From Takakia lepidozioides (taxonomy: Eukaryota > Plantae > Bryophyta), in the NCBI GenBank assembly GCA_030704615.1, contig CM060732.1, positions 77,128,001 through 77,192,000 on the forward strand: a stretch of DNA of 64,000 nucleotides. Direction: 5' to 3'. The notes beneath the pieces were generated by a model, which had not been told where the DNA came from, made no database searches, and saw nothing but the letters and a program-made list of their open reading frames with translations. Both the position numbers and the translations under genes were made by a program. This document shows positions 1 through 12,179 of this stretch, piece by piece (within the stretch, counting starts at the first letter, position 1; each line of letters opens with the position of its first letter).

Positions 1-469
1 TGCCCAAACTTAAGTGCGAGTTGTTTTTTCAGTTGCAACTTAAGCTGCGATTGATCATATGCTAGTTCAAATGCGGTCTGCCAAGTCACCAACGACTAGA
101 GCTGCGAAACCGCCAACCTTGCTACACTGCCACCCTCGGCCAAGACCAATTGGGAAAGCATTCATCAACATTCCGAAAGCAAAATCTTCATGAGGACGCT
201 TAACCAGCCCTGGTCTCAAACGAGTGAGGTTCACCTCCACTGTATACTGCCTCCTTCAAAAACAATGAAGATATACATTACTGATTTTGAGAACTGAAGA
301 AACTAAATATATGCCGCTTCCCATGTTTCACTGTTTTTTGGGGCTTTGAGGCAGATGGTCACATAAGCAGCTGTTCCGAGTGAGTCGGAATATTATTGGA
401 TGGCGCGAAGGCTATAACCTATGCAGCCTTAAGAAAAGAAGAGGAGGAAAATGCAACCTCACTTTCTTA

Positions 470-1410
470 AACATCACAGACATTCAATTCATGAAATGCA
501 CTCAATTCCGATTCTCACCGGTGGTAGCAACTGGATTCCGTTTCACAACAAAGATCAACCTCGTCGATTGCCGCTCCACATGAAGGCAGTTTAATGCAGT
601 CGCAGCCTTCATCCACCCATTGAAACAAGGTAAGAATATGAAAACACTCGTTCTCCTTCGAAGGGTCCAGGCCCAAAGCATGTGGCCCCCACTCTTCGTT
701 AGGAGCTCACAGGAATCTTGACCTGAGTACAACGGTGTTAGGCTGTTTTGCAGCTGCACTGTTGGTGTCATCGTAAAAGCCAGACCATCCCACTCTACCT
801 GCAGATACATGTGCTGTAAGAATGATATCCCCTGCTGTGGGTTTTGACCAATCCACCAACGCTTCCAATCCAGAGATGCGAGTCCCCACGATGCCAGTAA
901 TATCTCCTACCAACTCCTTGTGAGTATCGACATCAACAAAAGCTTCCTCTTGCAGCCAGGAGCTGCCTACTCCTTCTTGAGCGTCTGACATTGCTAAGTG
1001 CGAGAGGCGGAAGTGAAAGAGGCAGCAAGGCCAGGCAAATGGGTGAGGGAGAGTGCGACGAGGCAATGGGGGATCTGAGGAAACTCAACGAGTTTGGGAG
1101 TGCTGAATGGCAGTGTCGTGTGGGGAGAGTATGTGTTCGGTGAGGCTGGAGAACATGACTTTTGGAGGGGGTAAGTCATGTGCTGCACGATTTCGGATGG
1201 GCACATGCATCTTGAGGAGCAAAAGGATACTGATTCCACCATCCGCTGAGGTGCGCATTGGTCCACATGTATGGACAACACATGCATGAATTGGAGGCAA
1301 TGTCTCTGATTGGCAGCCTCCACCCACATGACAGTAGGGCGGGAAAAAGTGGCGGGTGCTTTTGAGGGATGCGTCGTTTTGAATTGGCATTGCCACAGTC
1401 AGTATTCTCA
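470..1410 (-). pseudogene. Possible degenerate coding segment of unknown product (cargo of the composite element?)
   Basis: One minus-strand frame (ORFs 1085..1411 and 707..1066 and their continuation) reads protein-like across isolated TGA stops. No motif recognised. Confidence 0.2.
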
Positions 1411-3130
1411 TTCTTGGTGGGATGTTTTGTTCACAAATGTGGTTGGAGAGGCATTATATTTATTGCTATCTGAACCCACTGGAGTGGGGGCAACATAGCT
1501 GCATTTTATGATGGACATAAAGCTTAGTCTTGACATTTTAGACATTTTGGGGTCCGAACGAACTTGTGTCCACATTGTTCCCTGTAACATGACCGGCAGC
1601 TCTGTCCTTGCACCTATGCTCTGCAATCATATAAATAACAACATTCCATGGGCATTGTATTCGTGCCAGTTGTGCATGCTCCCTTTCATGTGGAAGACAA
1701 GTATGGGTGATCGTTCTTCAATACCTTATGTATTGGACGCCAGAGAGCATTGGAAAATGTCTTTGAACCCTAAATGCTAGTCATTTGCTAAGGAAACAAT
1801 ACCAACTTCAACTGAAACAATTGTACATGGCCAGCAACTCAAAGTAGGTATTCAACTACAAAGATGCATGTAAATGTGTAAATTTGGAATGCCATCTTCA
1901 TTTGCAAATGCTTGCCTCATGATGGAGAAACTGAGTTCGAGCCCATGCATTTGAAGAAGGTCTCCTGATTCGAAATACCTACTGAACTACAGTGACCCAA
2001 ACCAAAGATCCAAACTCCCAGCAAGTTGAACTACATCCCAACGGGGGTGCTATTCCGTGAGCCTGTGAGCCCAGGAAACCGTGAGCCCAGCACAGGCTCA
2101 CGCCACGTCAGCATGCATACAGGGCCTATTTCCGCGGGTGTCACCTATTAACGCGGGTTGATCAGCCATTTCCCGGGAATGCAGACTGGATGTGTTACAT
2201 CCATTGTATCCGTCCTTTCTATCCATTGCATCCATCTAGACGTTATCAACATACCAAGCCCCTGCATTGGAATGTGGCTATGTCGTGAGCAGGTGCACAC
2301 TCACATCATCCAAAGCAGATCCCTGCAAAATATTTTCTTACTCACCACCCTTGCAAACATGCCAGGTATGTGCGGGAGCATCATGGATGCTCACCAGATT
2401 TGAGAATGCCTGAACGCTCTTTGATCACGTGGACTTCACCGTGATGGATTTACCAAGCATTCTTCTAGCATGAATGGTTTGGAGACCAACGAGCAAATGA
2501 TGCGAGAATGCTCTACACGAACCAAAGTCGTTTGTTTGTTTTTGCAATGCACTCAAGCCTGTGAGGTCCGCAAAACACTAAATAGATTGAAGGAACAATC
2601 CGGGCAGTCCATGCAACCCCCATCTCCAACAATAGTTTGTTCCCATGAATTTGCATCCCACGCACACATTGCAAACAGGACAACAAGGACACACAACCAT
2701 CCCATTTCAAATTTGGCCCCGAATAAAAGCAAAAGAAAACTTCATATCAAGTGTCACAGTCATCAGAATCAGTCTCGACCTCCTGTGCTATGTCATCCAC
2801 AAAGATTTTGGCCCCAACACCACGTCTTCTACCACGGCCGTCGATGGGTGGACTGCAAGTGCCATAAACGGACATGCTTGCTGCGAGTGCCTCCGCATAG
2901 ACAGGTAGCACGTAAGACCGAGGAGGACTTGAAAGAAGTCCAAATAGGTGTGATAGCCTTGGAGGGTAAGTGGAAGCACGCGGACTCCTGCACAAGTCGA
3001 CAAAAACCCATTTTGAACACAATGATGCAATGCACAAGTCCAACGAAGAGGATGTCTCCCATGTGCACTTTGCCTCAAGAACAGTGATTCTGGATATTGA
3101 AACAACAATGCAAGCATCCATAGGTTGAAC

Positions 3131-4189
3131 TTACTCACAAGCAAAGTCGGAGTCCAGCTCCTTGTCGAAAGTCTCCCCTGTATCAATATCACCGGGAATG
3201 GGCTTCAGAAGGACTTGAGAAGTGTGTCCACCCAAACCCATCAGGAGGTTCTTGTAAATCTCAGCATCCCCTTCAATCCCAAAGAGATGTCGCGCACTGG
3301 CCTTGCAAGTGTGGTACGAAGCACCTGCAGTGGAATAGAATGAAGGAAACAGACATTGAAGACACATTTGGAACGGTGGGAAGTGCTGAAAGTACAAGCT
3401 CAAACAAACCTCATGAAATGTGAATGTTGAAGAGACGAACCTGTGCCCATTGACAAATCTAGAACTCTGGCGTCTATGTAGGTGCAGCACTCCACAATCG
3501 TTTGAATGAAAGCCGGGCTCCTCTCCCTCGCCCCTCTCCAAGGAACCCCATTCCCTCTTTGCAAGCACACGTTGCTGTCGACGTAGTTGTGGTGCATGTC
3601 ATCCGTGGGAGGATCTGTCCTTTCGTCTATGAACTTGGCCCCATGAGTGATGGCGAACTCCCTAATGACGGCCGGAGTCATAGGTGGATGCACTCGGACG
3701 AGACAAACAGCTTCAAACAAACAAGTCTGCGAACAGGACATCCATAAGGAACTAAGAAGATTCAAAACCAGGCCCCTACATATGAGTTTGAGCGACCTAT
3801 GCAACTCCATCCAAGAACCACCAAGAAAAGGAACAAGAAGGCAGATTTACCATCTCTCTCGGACGATCCCCCTTCATCAGGTACATGTTGTTCACACAAT
3901 TCCATGTCTTCACGACCCTCATACTAGAGGCTTTCAAATAGCTGGCAAGTGCACGGCGACAGTGAAGGTCAATGGACTGGATGAGCACCAAAACACCTGC
4001 ATCGGACAGAAAGAAATTGCAAAAGGAGAAAACCCACCGCCAGTAGCGTTCATCAAAAGCATTCCAACCTGGACAAGCACCCGATGGAGGGACATCCGGG
4101 ACTGACAACCCATCAGGGATGTCCAAGATGATGAGTTCGGCTGCATATGGCTTCTCCTTCCCGTTCACCCAAGATTTGGTCATTTTAAC
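3131..4189 (-). CDS. Beta-class (motif IV before motif I) amino-DNA methyltransferase domain, three exons
   Basis: DIPD at 4112-4123 sits in a DPPY context (LIILDIPDG), followed by FLSDAGVLVL. VLDLSMGTG plus RHLFGIEGD matches the VLDPFxGSGTT...GRxxIGxExD SAM-binding pattern. GT-AG introns keep the frame. Confidence 0.75.
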
Positions 4190-5840
4190 CTGCAAACAAG
4201 AATACAATGGAATGCTCAAGAGGATTGAAACGATCCATGCCCACAACAGACAAGAAGCAAAAGACAACACGCACCGTGCCAAGGAACTCCACAATCCTCT
4301 CCCACACTGGTGATGGCTCGCCCTTGTAATCAGATTTCTTGGACTCCATCATGGCAAGGAACCCGACGTTGGCCATCTCCAACCTGGTAGGGCGAATGAC
4401 CCTCGTGGGATGCTCCACTGCATGGTACGGGTCCTTGGGATCAACCACCCCCTTGTTCTTTCTCCCGGATCCCCTATCATGCGGTGGAGTCTGCTGGACA
4501 TGCACCACAGGGCCAGTATTTGCAACACTTCCCTGCCCACCTACCTGCCCTTGTGCCCCCTTCCCCCTACCCCTTCCTTTCCCCACACCACTAGCAACAT
4601 CTTTTCCCTTTGCCTTTCTACCTCTACCCGGGGTATCCTGAGCGAGAGGCTCCTTCTTTCCACGCTTCCTCTCCTTTCTCTTGCTGGTCAAGCTCATTTG
4701 TTCGACTAATGCCACCCTCTTTGCTGAACTCTCTAAAGAAACAAGATTGCCACACTGTGGCTCTCCATTTCCTCATGTATGCTTGGAAGGAGACCTTCGG
4801 TGCTGTCATGGTGATGCCATAGTCAGCCAGCTGAGTATGTAGAACTGACTGGGCCCTTTCTTCCAACTGCAAAACAATCCAAATGCAAGAATGAACCAAA
4901 AAACAATCACAGCCAATGTAACAGCCAATGGAAAGAGAAGGACAGAAAAAGCGAAAAGAAATTGACACAGCAAAGGACATCATACCTGGCTCCAATAAGT
5001 GGCCTTGTGAAGCCATGTGTCCAGCACATTGTCACTGACAGGAATGACATGCTGGGTTTTCTTCTCTTTCTCCGGCCTGGGGAACATGTGGGTATCCCTA
5101 ACAGTGGGATCGGAGTTCCATATCTGTAGCCACTTCACCTTCTGTTCCGAAGACACAACGGCGGTAGACTACCTGTGTAACTTCTCCTGGGCCATCTCTG
5201 GCTTGCCTGGCTTGTTGTAATGGTTTTTCACCTCCAGAAGAAACTGTGATCCGAATGATGGGTCGGCAATTCTCAACTGCTTAACAAAAGCACTCATAAT
5301 AGTCCTTCTTGTGGCGGTCATCTCTTTCTTGATGTGACTCTCAATCCCCTTTGCTGTCATTCTCTCCTCAGGGGTAGAGCTGTAGTATTCCAGTTTGTCA
5401 CGCTCTCCTGCATCTGTAATGTCTTGCTGCAAGGGAATGCACGAGAGTTGAATCAACCCAAGGGCAAGGGAAACAAACAGAAACAAACATGTGGAAGCAG
5501 GAATATCGAAAGGCCAGATGGTGGAAGATGTATCTCACCGCGTACATATACTCCATGAAAGCCTCACGGGTCAACGAGTACCACGTTTCTGATGTCTTGG
5601 AGCTTTCACACTTCTTGTACGTCTTTGCTGAAAGGATGGTCTTGAAGTTGGTCAAGGGCATCTGCCCGATCCTTTGTATCATGTACAGTGTGTGAACCAG
5701 ACTCGTTTTGACATGCGATGTCTCTGTCCCTCTGCAGAATGATATGTGAAAGTCAGAATGAAAATGAAGAACCGTCAACAGAGGACTGGAACAAAAGAAC
5801 CACCGAACCACAACTGGAACATGTACAATGAGAAACCAAC

Positions 5841-6280
5841 CTGTTCACATCATTCATTGCCGTCAGAAGACCCATCATGTTCCCGTCACAATCCAGCACC
5901 ATCGATCGAACAGACTAATGCCACTCTTCCTCCTGTGAGTGCAGCCTCCCAATGACAGCCATCCATGCAAGCAACCGGTGGTTGCCATCCCATACGTGAA
6001 ACATCTTCCTTGAGAATGCCTGGGTCAAAGGTTTCCTGGAGAGAAGAAGTTCGAAGGATTCGTTCACTTGTCTCCAAATGGGATCCCAGGAGTCCACGAT
6101 TGACTCATCCACAAGGAGCTCATTGCCTCTGGAATCCTTTGTAGAAACGTAAAAGACTGCGGATCCATCCAAATACCCATGAACAAACTCGGCCTCCAGC
6201 TTCAGGATGTCCTTGATGAGGGGTGGACGAACGACGGGCATGGAAACCAACCTACACAGGGGGATCTTCAACCTCCCACC
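5841..6280 (-). CDS. ParB/Sulfiredoxin-like N-terminal domain exon
   Basis: IPLCRLVSMPVVRP...KDILKLEAEFVHGY...FYV...MFHVWDGNHRLLAW; DGNHR at 5975-5989. Confidence 0.7.
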
Positions 6281-7000
6281 CGCACACAGGGGCCGCTCTG
6301 TAATGTTCATTCCACCCCTATTTGGAAGCTCAAACAGTGTGCGGCAACGCACATTGTTTGAGCCCCCATTTTGCTATGTTTTTTGCCTTGTTTTTCTTTT
6401 TCATAACGGCCAGAAATGGCATCTCTGTCAGGTTCAATCCACATTTACGTGGTAGGTCAAACAGTGTGCGTTGACGCACACTGTTTGAGCCCCCCTTGTC
6501 ATTGTTTTTTTCATTTGGAAATCGTGCACACAGGGGCCACTGTTTGTGCCCCCTTCACTGCCTGTTTTTTGATTTAAAAATCGTTAGAATAGGGCCACTA
6601 TGCCATGTTCAAACCACCCCTAATTGGAAACTCAAATGTTTTGGGCCCCATCTCTGCTTGTTTTTTGATGTGAAATTGGGCGAAACACGGCTAGTATGGA
6701 TGCTCAAAACACCCATAGTTGGAAGAACGAACAATGTGTGGCCCCTTCTCTGCATGTTTTTTTATGTGGAAATGTGCCACATAGGGCCTAATGTCATGTT
6801 GAAAACACCCCTATTTGGAAGCTCAAGCAGTGTGCAGCAACGCACACTGTCTGTTCTCCACTCTTTGCCTGATTCTAGATTTGAAAATAGACCACTCATG
6901 GCCAGTGTGCCATGTTCAAATCACCCATTATTGGAAGCTCAAATCGTGTGCGGCAACGCACACTGTTTTTGGCCCGCACAATGCTTGTTTTCTCATGTGA
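6280..7000 (+). repeat. Tandem array (~7 units) of the ~115-bp palindrome-containing repeat
   Basis: GCTCAAACAGTGTGCG-nnnn-CGCACACTGTTTGAGC-like cores at ~6328, 6455, 6821 and 6937, plus collapsed units at ~6540, 6630 and 6725. 6280-6510 closely resembles 18349-18575. Confidence 0.9.
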
Positions 7001-7090
7001 AATTGGGCCACATCGGGTCTACCTGCCATGCTCAAAACACCATCTGTTCTTGCCTCTCTCTTATATCAGTTTGAATGAACAACCGTGTAG

Positions 7091-7207
7091 GAGAAGATGC
7101 AAATGGTGGTGGATGAGAACCCTTCGGGGGAGAGGAAGGAGATCATTGCTGATGTGGACGATGAGTTATATGAAAGCAAAGCCGCTGAGATGCTGGGGGG
7201 TCAGAAG
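7091..7207 (+). CDS. Isolated acidic exon (EKMQMVVDENPSGERKEIIADVDDELYESKAAEMLGGQK) after the array
   Basis: TGTAG| ... AAG|GTAAAC boundaries; 117 nt, open in phase 0. Confidence 0.4.
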
Positions 7208-7229
7208 GTAAACTCTCAGCTTGTGGTGC

Positions 7230-7696
7230 AAAATATGCTTGCCCTTTGCCATTGCACAGCACCGTGATACGTTGAGGTATGCCACTATACGTGGTGGAGG
7301 ATATCTTCCTGGGGTTCGGAGGTTTAGCCCTGGTGACTATGTTTATTTGCAGCAGCTCCTACGATTCTGGATGTTACTGCAGAGCATGTTATTCTGAGGG
7401 TTTGAGAGGTGTTGCCCTCAAGAGTCCTAATCTTGGAGGGTCGGGATGACATGACTTGGAAAGACCATGTGCGTAATTGTGCGCCATGTCACCTTCCCAA
7501 TGTCGATGGCAGAGTTGACCCAAACTTGGCAGTGATACCTACAGGTTTGAGGTGCATGCTCTGTGGGTCTGCCAAAGGGGCAGCCACCATGCTGGTGTGT
7601 GATCGATGCTCAAAGGGTTGGCATATGGGATGCTTGACTCCACCTCTTGAGAAGGTTCCTGACATAGATTGGTTGTGTCCACACTGCTTGGGATAG
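7230..7696 (+). mobile_element. Ty3/Gypsy-like pol C-terminus: post-integrase region + PHD finger (frameshifted)
   Basis: AIAQHRDTLRYATIRGGGYLPGVRRFSPGDYVYL...LEGRD...HVRNCAPCHLP, then C4HC3 PHD CMLC...MLVCDRCSKGWHMGCLTPPLEKVPDIDWLCPHC. Followed by a PPT-like AGGGGGGCGA at 7946-7955. Confidence 0.8.
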
Positions 7697-7956
7697 TGGC
7701 AATAGACATGACTGGAGGCAGCTAACAAGACATGGGAGGCCAAGCTCATAGGAGTCAATACATGAGATCCCAAGCTCAAGTTCACAGGTTGCAAGACGGC
7801 GACTAACAATGGGGCAACTCTTGCACCCGGCCTCTTGATCTATCGAGTTTGAGTGTAGTAGGGATAGTGGTGGAGGACTTAGTGAGGCTATGGTCACTAT
7901 CACATCTTGTGGTTACCTGGACTTAGAGGGACCTAAGCAGCAGCTAGGGGGGCGAT

Positions 7957-9153
7957 TGTGTGGACTAGTGACTGCCATAGTGGGCAGCATAGTGGCAGCC
8001 TAGTGACTGACTAGTTGTAGCCTAGTGGTTGGACTAGTGGTTGGACTAGTGGTGGATTAGTCATATACTAGTGTGTGGCGTGCACATGTGATGTGTGGTT
8101 TTGGACAGCGATGTAGTTGTGTAGCGATATGTATGCGCACGACAGCTGTCAAGTTATTTTACCACTAGTGTGAAACTAGCTAGGAAATAGCTAGCTTTTA
8201 CATATTGACATTTGGGATTTGCCCAAGTGTCAATCCAAGGGTCAAGGCAGATTTAGGCCCTGGAGTGGTTATCTTCACGGCAAGCGCGGGAGGCTCATCT
8301 TTCTCAAGTTGAGCCTCACCGCGCCTAGCTATGGCGCCGTAGTGTGGATTCCCCATGGCGTGGGGTGCACTTGGCTTGACTTATATTTGAGTGATGAGAT
8401 TATATATGCATGAGTTTATGCTTCAGATTTGTGAGCTCGTGCTTGTATTCTTCTACTTTATCATTGTGTGGACTAGTGACTGCCATAGTAGGGTGGCAGC
8501 CTAGTGACTGATTAGTTGTAGCCTAGTGGTTGGACTAGTGGCTGGACTAGTGGTGGATTAGTCATATACTAGTGTGTGGCGTGCACATGTGTTGTGTGGT
8601 TTTGGACAACGATGTAGTTGTGTAGCGATATGTATGTGCACGACAGCTGTCAAGTTATTTTACCACTAGTGTGAAACTAGCTAGGAAATAGCTAGTTTTT
8701 ACATATTGACATTTGGGATTTGCCCAAGTGTCAATCCAGGGGTCAAGGCAGATTTAGGCCCTGGAGTGGTTATCTTCACGGCAAGCGTGGGAGGCTCATC
8801 TTTCTCAAGTTGAGCCTCACCGCGCCTAGCTATGGCGTCGTAGTGTGGATTCCCCATGGTGTGGGGTGCACTTGGCTTGACTTGTATGTGAGTGATGAGG
8901 TTATATATGCATGAGTTTATGCTTCAGATTTGTGAGCTCGTGCTTGTATTCTTCTACTTTATCATTGTGTGGACTAGTGACTGCCATAGTGGGCAGCATA
9001 GTGGCAGCCTAATGACTGACTAGTTGTAGCCTAGTGGTTGGACTAGTGGTTGGACTAGTGGTGGACTAGTGATATACTAGTGTGTGGCGTGCACATGTGT
9101 TGTGTGGTTTTGGACAGCGATGTAGTTGTGTAGCGATATGTATGCGCACGATA
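7957..9153 (+). repeat. 3' terminal repeat block of the retroelement: A-B-A-B-A
   Basis: A = 7957-8144, 8465-8645 and 8966-9153 (TGTGTGG...GCACGACA; last copy ends GCACGATA). B = 8147-8463 and 8648-8964 (TGTCAAG...TTTATCA). A/B junction is GACA-GC-TGTC. Confidence 0.92.
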
Positions 9154-11815
9154 CCTACATTCCCTGGAATCGAGTTGCTGATTTCATTACAGGGGAGTCT
9201 TCCCGTTCAGATGGCCCATGCACTTTCAGCAGGCATCAGCAAAGATGCCATCCGGAGGGGTCTTTCTTAGCTCCTCGCAGCAACAGTGCCAGGACTACAA
9301 CAAGGTACATTGGGCTGCAGGTCATGTGTTGCAAGGGCTACTGAATGATTTCTATGAATGTTCGAGTGCCTGAATCCCCTTGGTGTCATAGTAACGGATT
9401 GTTTTTTTGTTATTATAGGTATCACTGCTCATATGGTCCACAGGACAGAACTAGTTCCCTCTTGGAGGTTACCCCTGCAATGGCACACAATAAACGCCGA
9501 GTGAAGCCTGCAAAGAAGAAGGGGAGGAAGCCAAGAGCCACGGCCGCTTCCACTGAAGCAAAGCCAAAACAAATGAGGACCACACAAACAAAATCGGGGG
9601 AAGGCATCAAGAGGGGATGCATGGGCAGGTTTGTAGCGAAGCAATGCTATGTGGACCCTGATATTGCAAAGCTGGTCTATTATGAAAAGAGACATGTGAA
9701 TGGGGCTGGACAGGTCTGCCATGGACCTGCGCATCAAGTAGGTCGCGTTTCATTAGCTCCCCACCTGAGCGATGAGATGAAATCATGGGTGTTACACAAC
9801 CTCTGTCTCGGACTAAGCATCAACAAGATAATGGCCAAGCACACGCAGAAGGTGAGGGAAATCATGGATGGGGGGTTCGAGGTTACTCGTGACACCTTCC
9901 TTCTTTCAAATGACATCCGAAATATTGCCAACAAGTGCGATGAAGAAACATTCAAAAAGCACTCCAATGATGCACAAAGTGTCCGAATGTGGGTGCATGA
10001 AAACCCAGGAAGCGTTTTCTACTACTAGGATGAGTCTAATCACCCTGCTTGGACGTTGAATGACAGAAAACTCGACCTTCCATTTGTGCTTGGCATACAA
10101 AACTGATTGGCAGAGAAAACATATGCTCAAACATGGCCATCGTCGCATAGTTGCTTGTGATGCAACCTTTGGAACGAATGAAAGAAGGTTCGTCAGATTG
10201 TTAACCTGAATTTCTTGAAAGCATGACAAATTACATTCTTCGTGTGACGTACTCTGTTTTGCAACCATTTCCTTTCAAGTCACTTCAGTTACACATGATT
10301 GTTGTTGCAGTACCCGTTATATACCATGATGGTATTCGACGACTGGCTGAATGGTATTCCAGTGGCTTACATTATCACTGCAAGGTGCAAAACCATCGAT
10401 CTGACGCCTTGGATGGAGGCACTAAAGAAACAAATGACAAGTCGGCAAGTAGACTGGCGTCCCAATGCATTTATTGTGGATAACGCTGATGCTGAAATTG
10501 CTGCCATTAGGTACGTCCATGAACTCAGGCAATATGCCTACCATGATGTCTTGGTTACACATGAATTTCAGTTTACCTACCTGATAAGAGAACAGATCTG
10601 TTTGGGGGGATTGTGTTGTTTTCTTGTGCTTGTGGCATGTGTCGCCGAGCCTGGCAGAAGAATGCAGTTGCAAAGGTGAAAGACCCAGTATTGCGAGCGG
10701 CTATCTTACAAGACCTGGCACAGATCATGTACGATAGAAAGGAGACCTCTGGGGATGCAGGTGAAGCATGGGCCGTATTCAAAATTCTGGACCTGCGGGA
10801 GAAGTACCCTTCTGAGACAGAATTCTGCACCTACATGGAGACAGAGTGGCTTCCAAAAGCCAAAATGTGGATGAAAGGATCTCGCAATACACCTCATGCC
10901 TCTCAAGACACTAATGCTGCCATAGAAGCATACCACGGGAACCTGAAAGCGCAATTGAAGAGCACAAAAGCGTCCTCGGTAGTAGGCGGGTGGATTGGCT
11001 CATCTCTGAACTGACAGGTGATGTGCTAACCCATTACTGGTACATGTCACATGCAAAGGCATATGGGTTCATCTGAAACAAGCGGCAGGAGGGATTTGTT
11101 TGCACTTCAATCTTGCTTGCCAAGGACATTCCAGATGCCAATGTGCATCTTCTTCATACACCCAGAGGCATTGCAACAGTTGAATGCCACCGCCATTTGG
11201 GTATGACATATACTATCCACAATCCGGATTCTAAATGGGCATGTTGTGATTGTCATTGGGCCCAGAAAGGAAATATGTGCGTACACCAGGTGAAGGTTCT
11301 GAAGATGCTGCACCCCCAAGTGGAGGATGGGATGATTGCAAAGTTCTGCGGTTTCCCTCATGGGCACATGTAAAGGTGGCCTGAACAACTTGATGACTGG
11401 TCATGACTCCCCTTCTTCCATCCCATCCTCTTCACAAACTCCCCCAGGTCTGACCTCCCCTTCAATGGCTCAGAAAACATCCGCTGGTCGAAGTCCACTG
11501 CCCAGCCTACTTGCCCTTATCTCCACAGAGTGGCAAACTATTCTTGAACTGACGGATGACAACAGATTCTCCAGCAACACCTCTTGCCTTGGTGAGAGCT
11601 ACAAGAGGAAAGATTTTGGCCTCAACTGCCATGATGGAGGAGGGTCTCAATACCTTGTTGGGAGCCATTTATGACTGCTGTTGCTGATGGGAATGGAAAG
11701 TCACTTGCGCGCTACAAAGACTTTTTGGAGAGCATGGCTACTCAGGAAATTACCCAACCGTGCCCCAAGATTCTAGGACCAGGAAGAGGTTGTACACCGG
11801 CTGAAGGACTTCAGG
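9154..11815 (+). pseudogene. Spliced MULE-like DDE transposase with SWIM zinc finger (3' part; degenerate)
   Basis: YIPWNRVADFITGE, HCSYGP, KRGC..F..K, HVN..G.VCHG, ACDATFGTN (D), NAFIVDNADAE (D), FLCLWHV/RRAW (CxxH), TNAAIEAYH (E), SWIM CDCHWAQKGNMCVH. From memory it resembles the Arabidopsis At1g60560-type SWIM proteins. Several stops and frameshifts. Confidence 0.85.
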
Positions 11816-12179
11816 TAAGCCAGCATATGGAGGTCTCATGGATCATGTCTTTCTCCTGGTTCGAACTTCAGGTCTGTCATTTCCTGGGGGGTATGCTGAG
11901 TTAATGGGAAATGAGGCTGGTCTATGCAGGGATAATCTGAAGCAGCCCTCTGACTGAACACGTCTTTTCAAAATTTGGGTGTGCATGGAAATGGGATGGT
12001 GAACTATGAGGGGGTGGTGAAGTGCTTTGGATCTTAAATATTGTGGCTAATACATGTGATCTGCAGGAGACGGTGAGGAAGACCAATGCATCATTTCAGC
12101 CTGCCACAAGGACTTGTATATTGCTTTCATTGAGGTTTAGGGTTTAGGACACATTCTGATCCGCCTCAGCGGGTTGGAA

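Larger units (their letters stand above)
3131..6280 (-). pseudogene. Multi-exon ParB/Srx-like domain + K/G-rich linker + beta-class N6-adenine/N4-cytosine DNA methyltransferase; 5'-truncated, with a premature TAG at 5915-5917
   Basis: Exon ~6280-5841 contains MFHVWDGNHRLLAW (ParB-type DGxHR motif) and splices GT-AG in frame to exon 5731-~5539. Intermediate exons lie at ~5430-4277. MTase exons 4189-3851, 3726-3441 and 3324-3131 give motif IV-like ELIILDIPDG, then PWRGARERSPAFIQTIVE, then spliced motif I VLDLSMGTG|ASYHTCKASARHLFGIEGDAEIY. Continuity of the middle exons is less certain. Confidence 0.7.

Noticed and set aside
3131-6280. Bacterial or phage contamination
   Set aside because: In-frame GT-AG introns interrupt the MTase motifs, and the region is contiguous with plant TEs and genes.
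8219-8914. Duplicated 64-aa ORFs MPKCQS...
   Set aside because: They lie inside terminal repeat B and are incidental frames.
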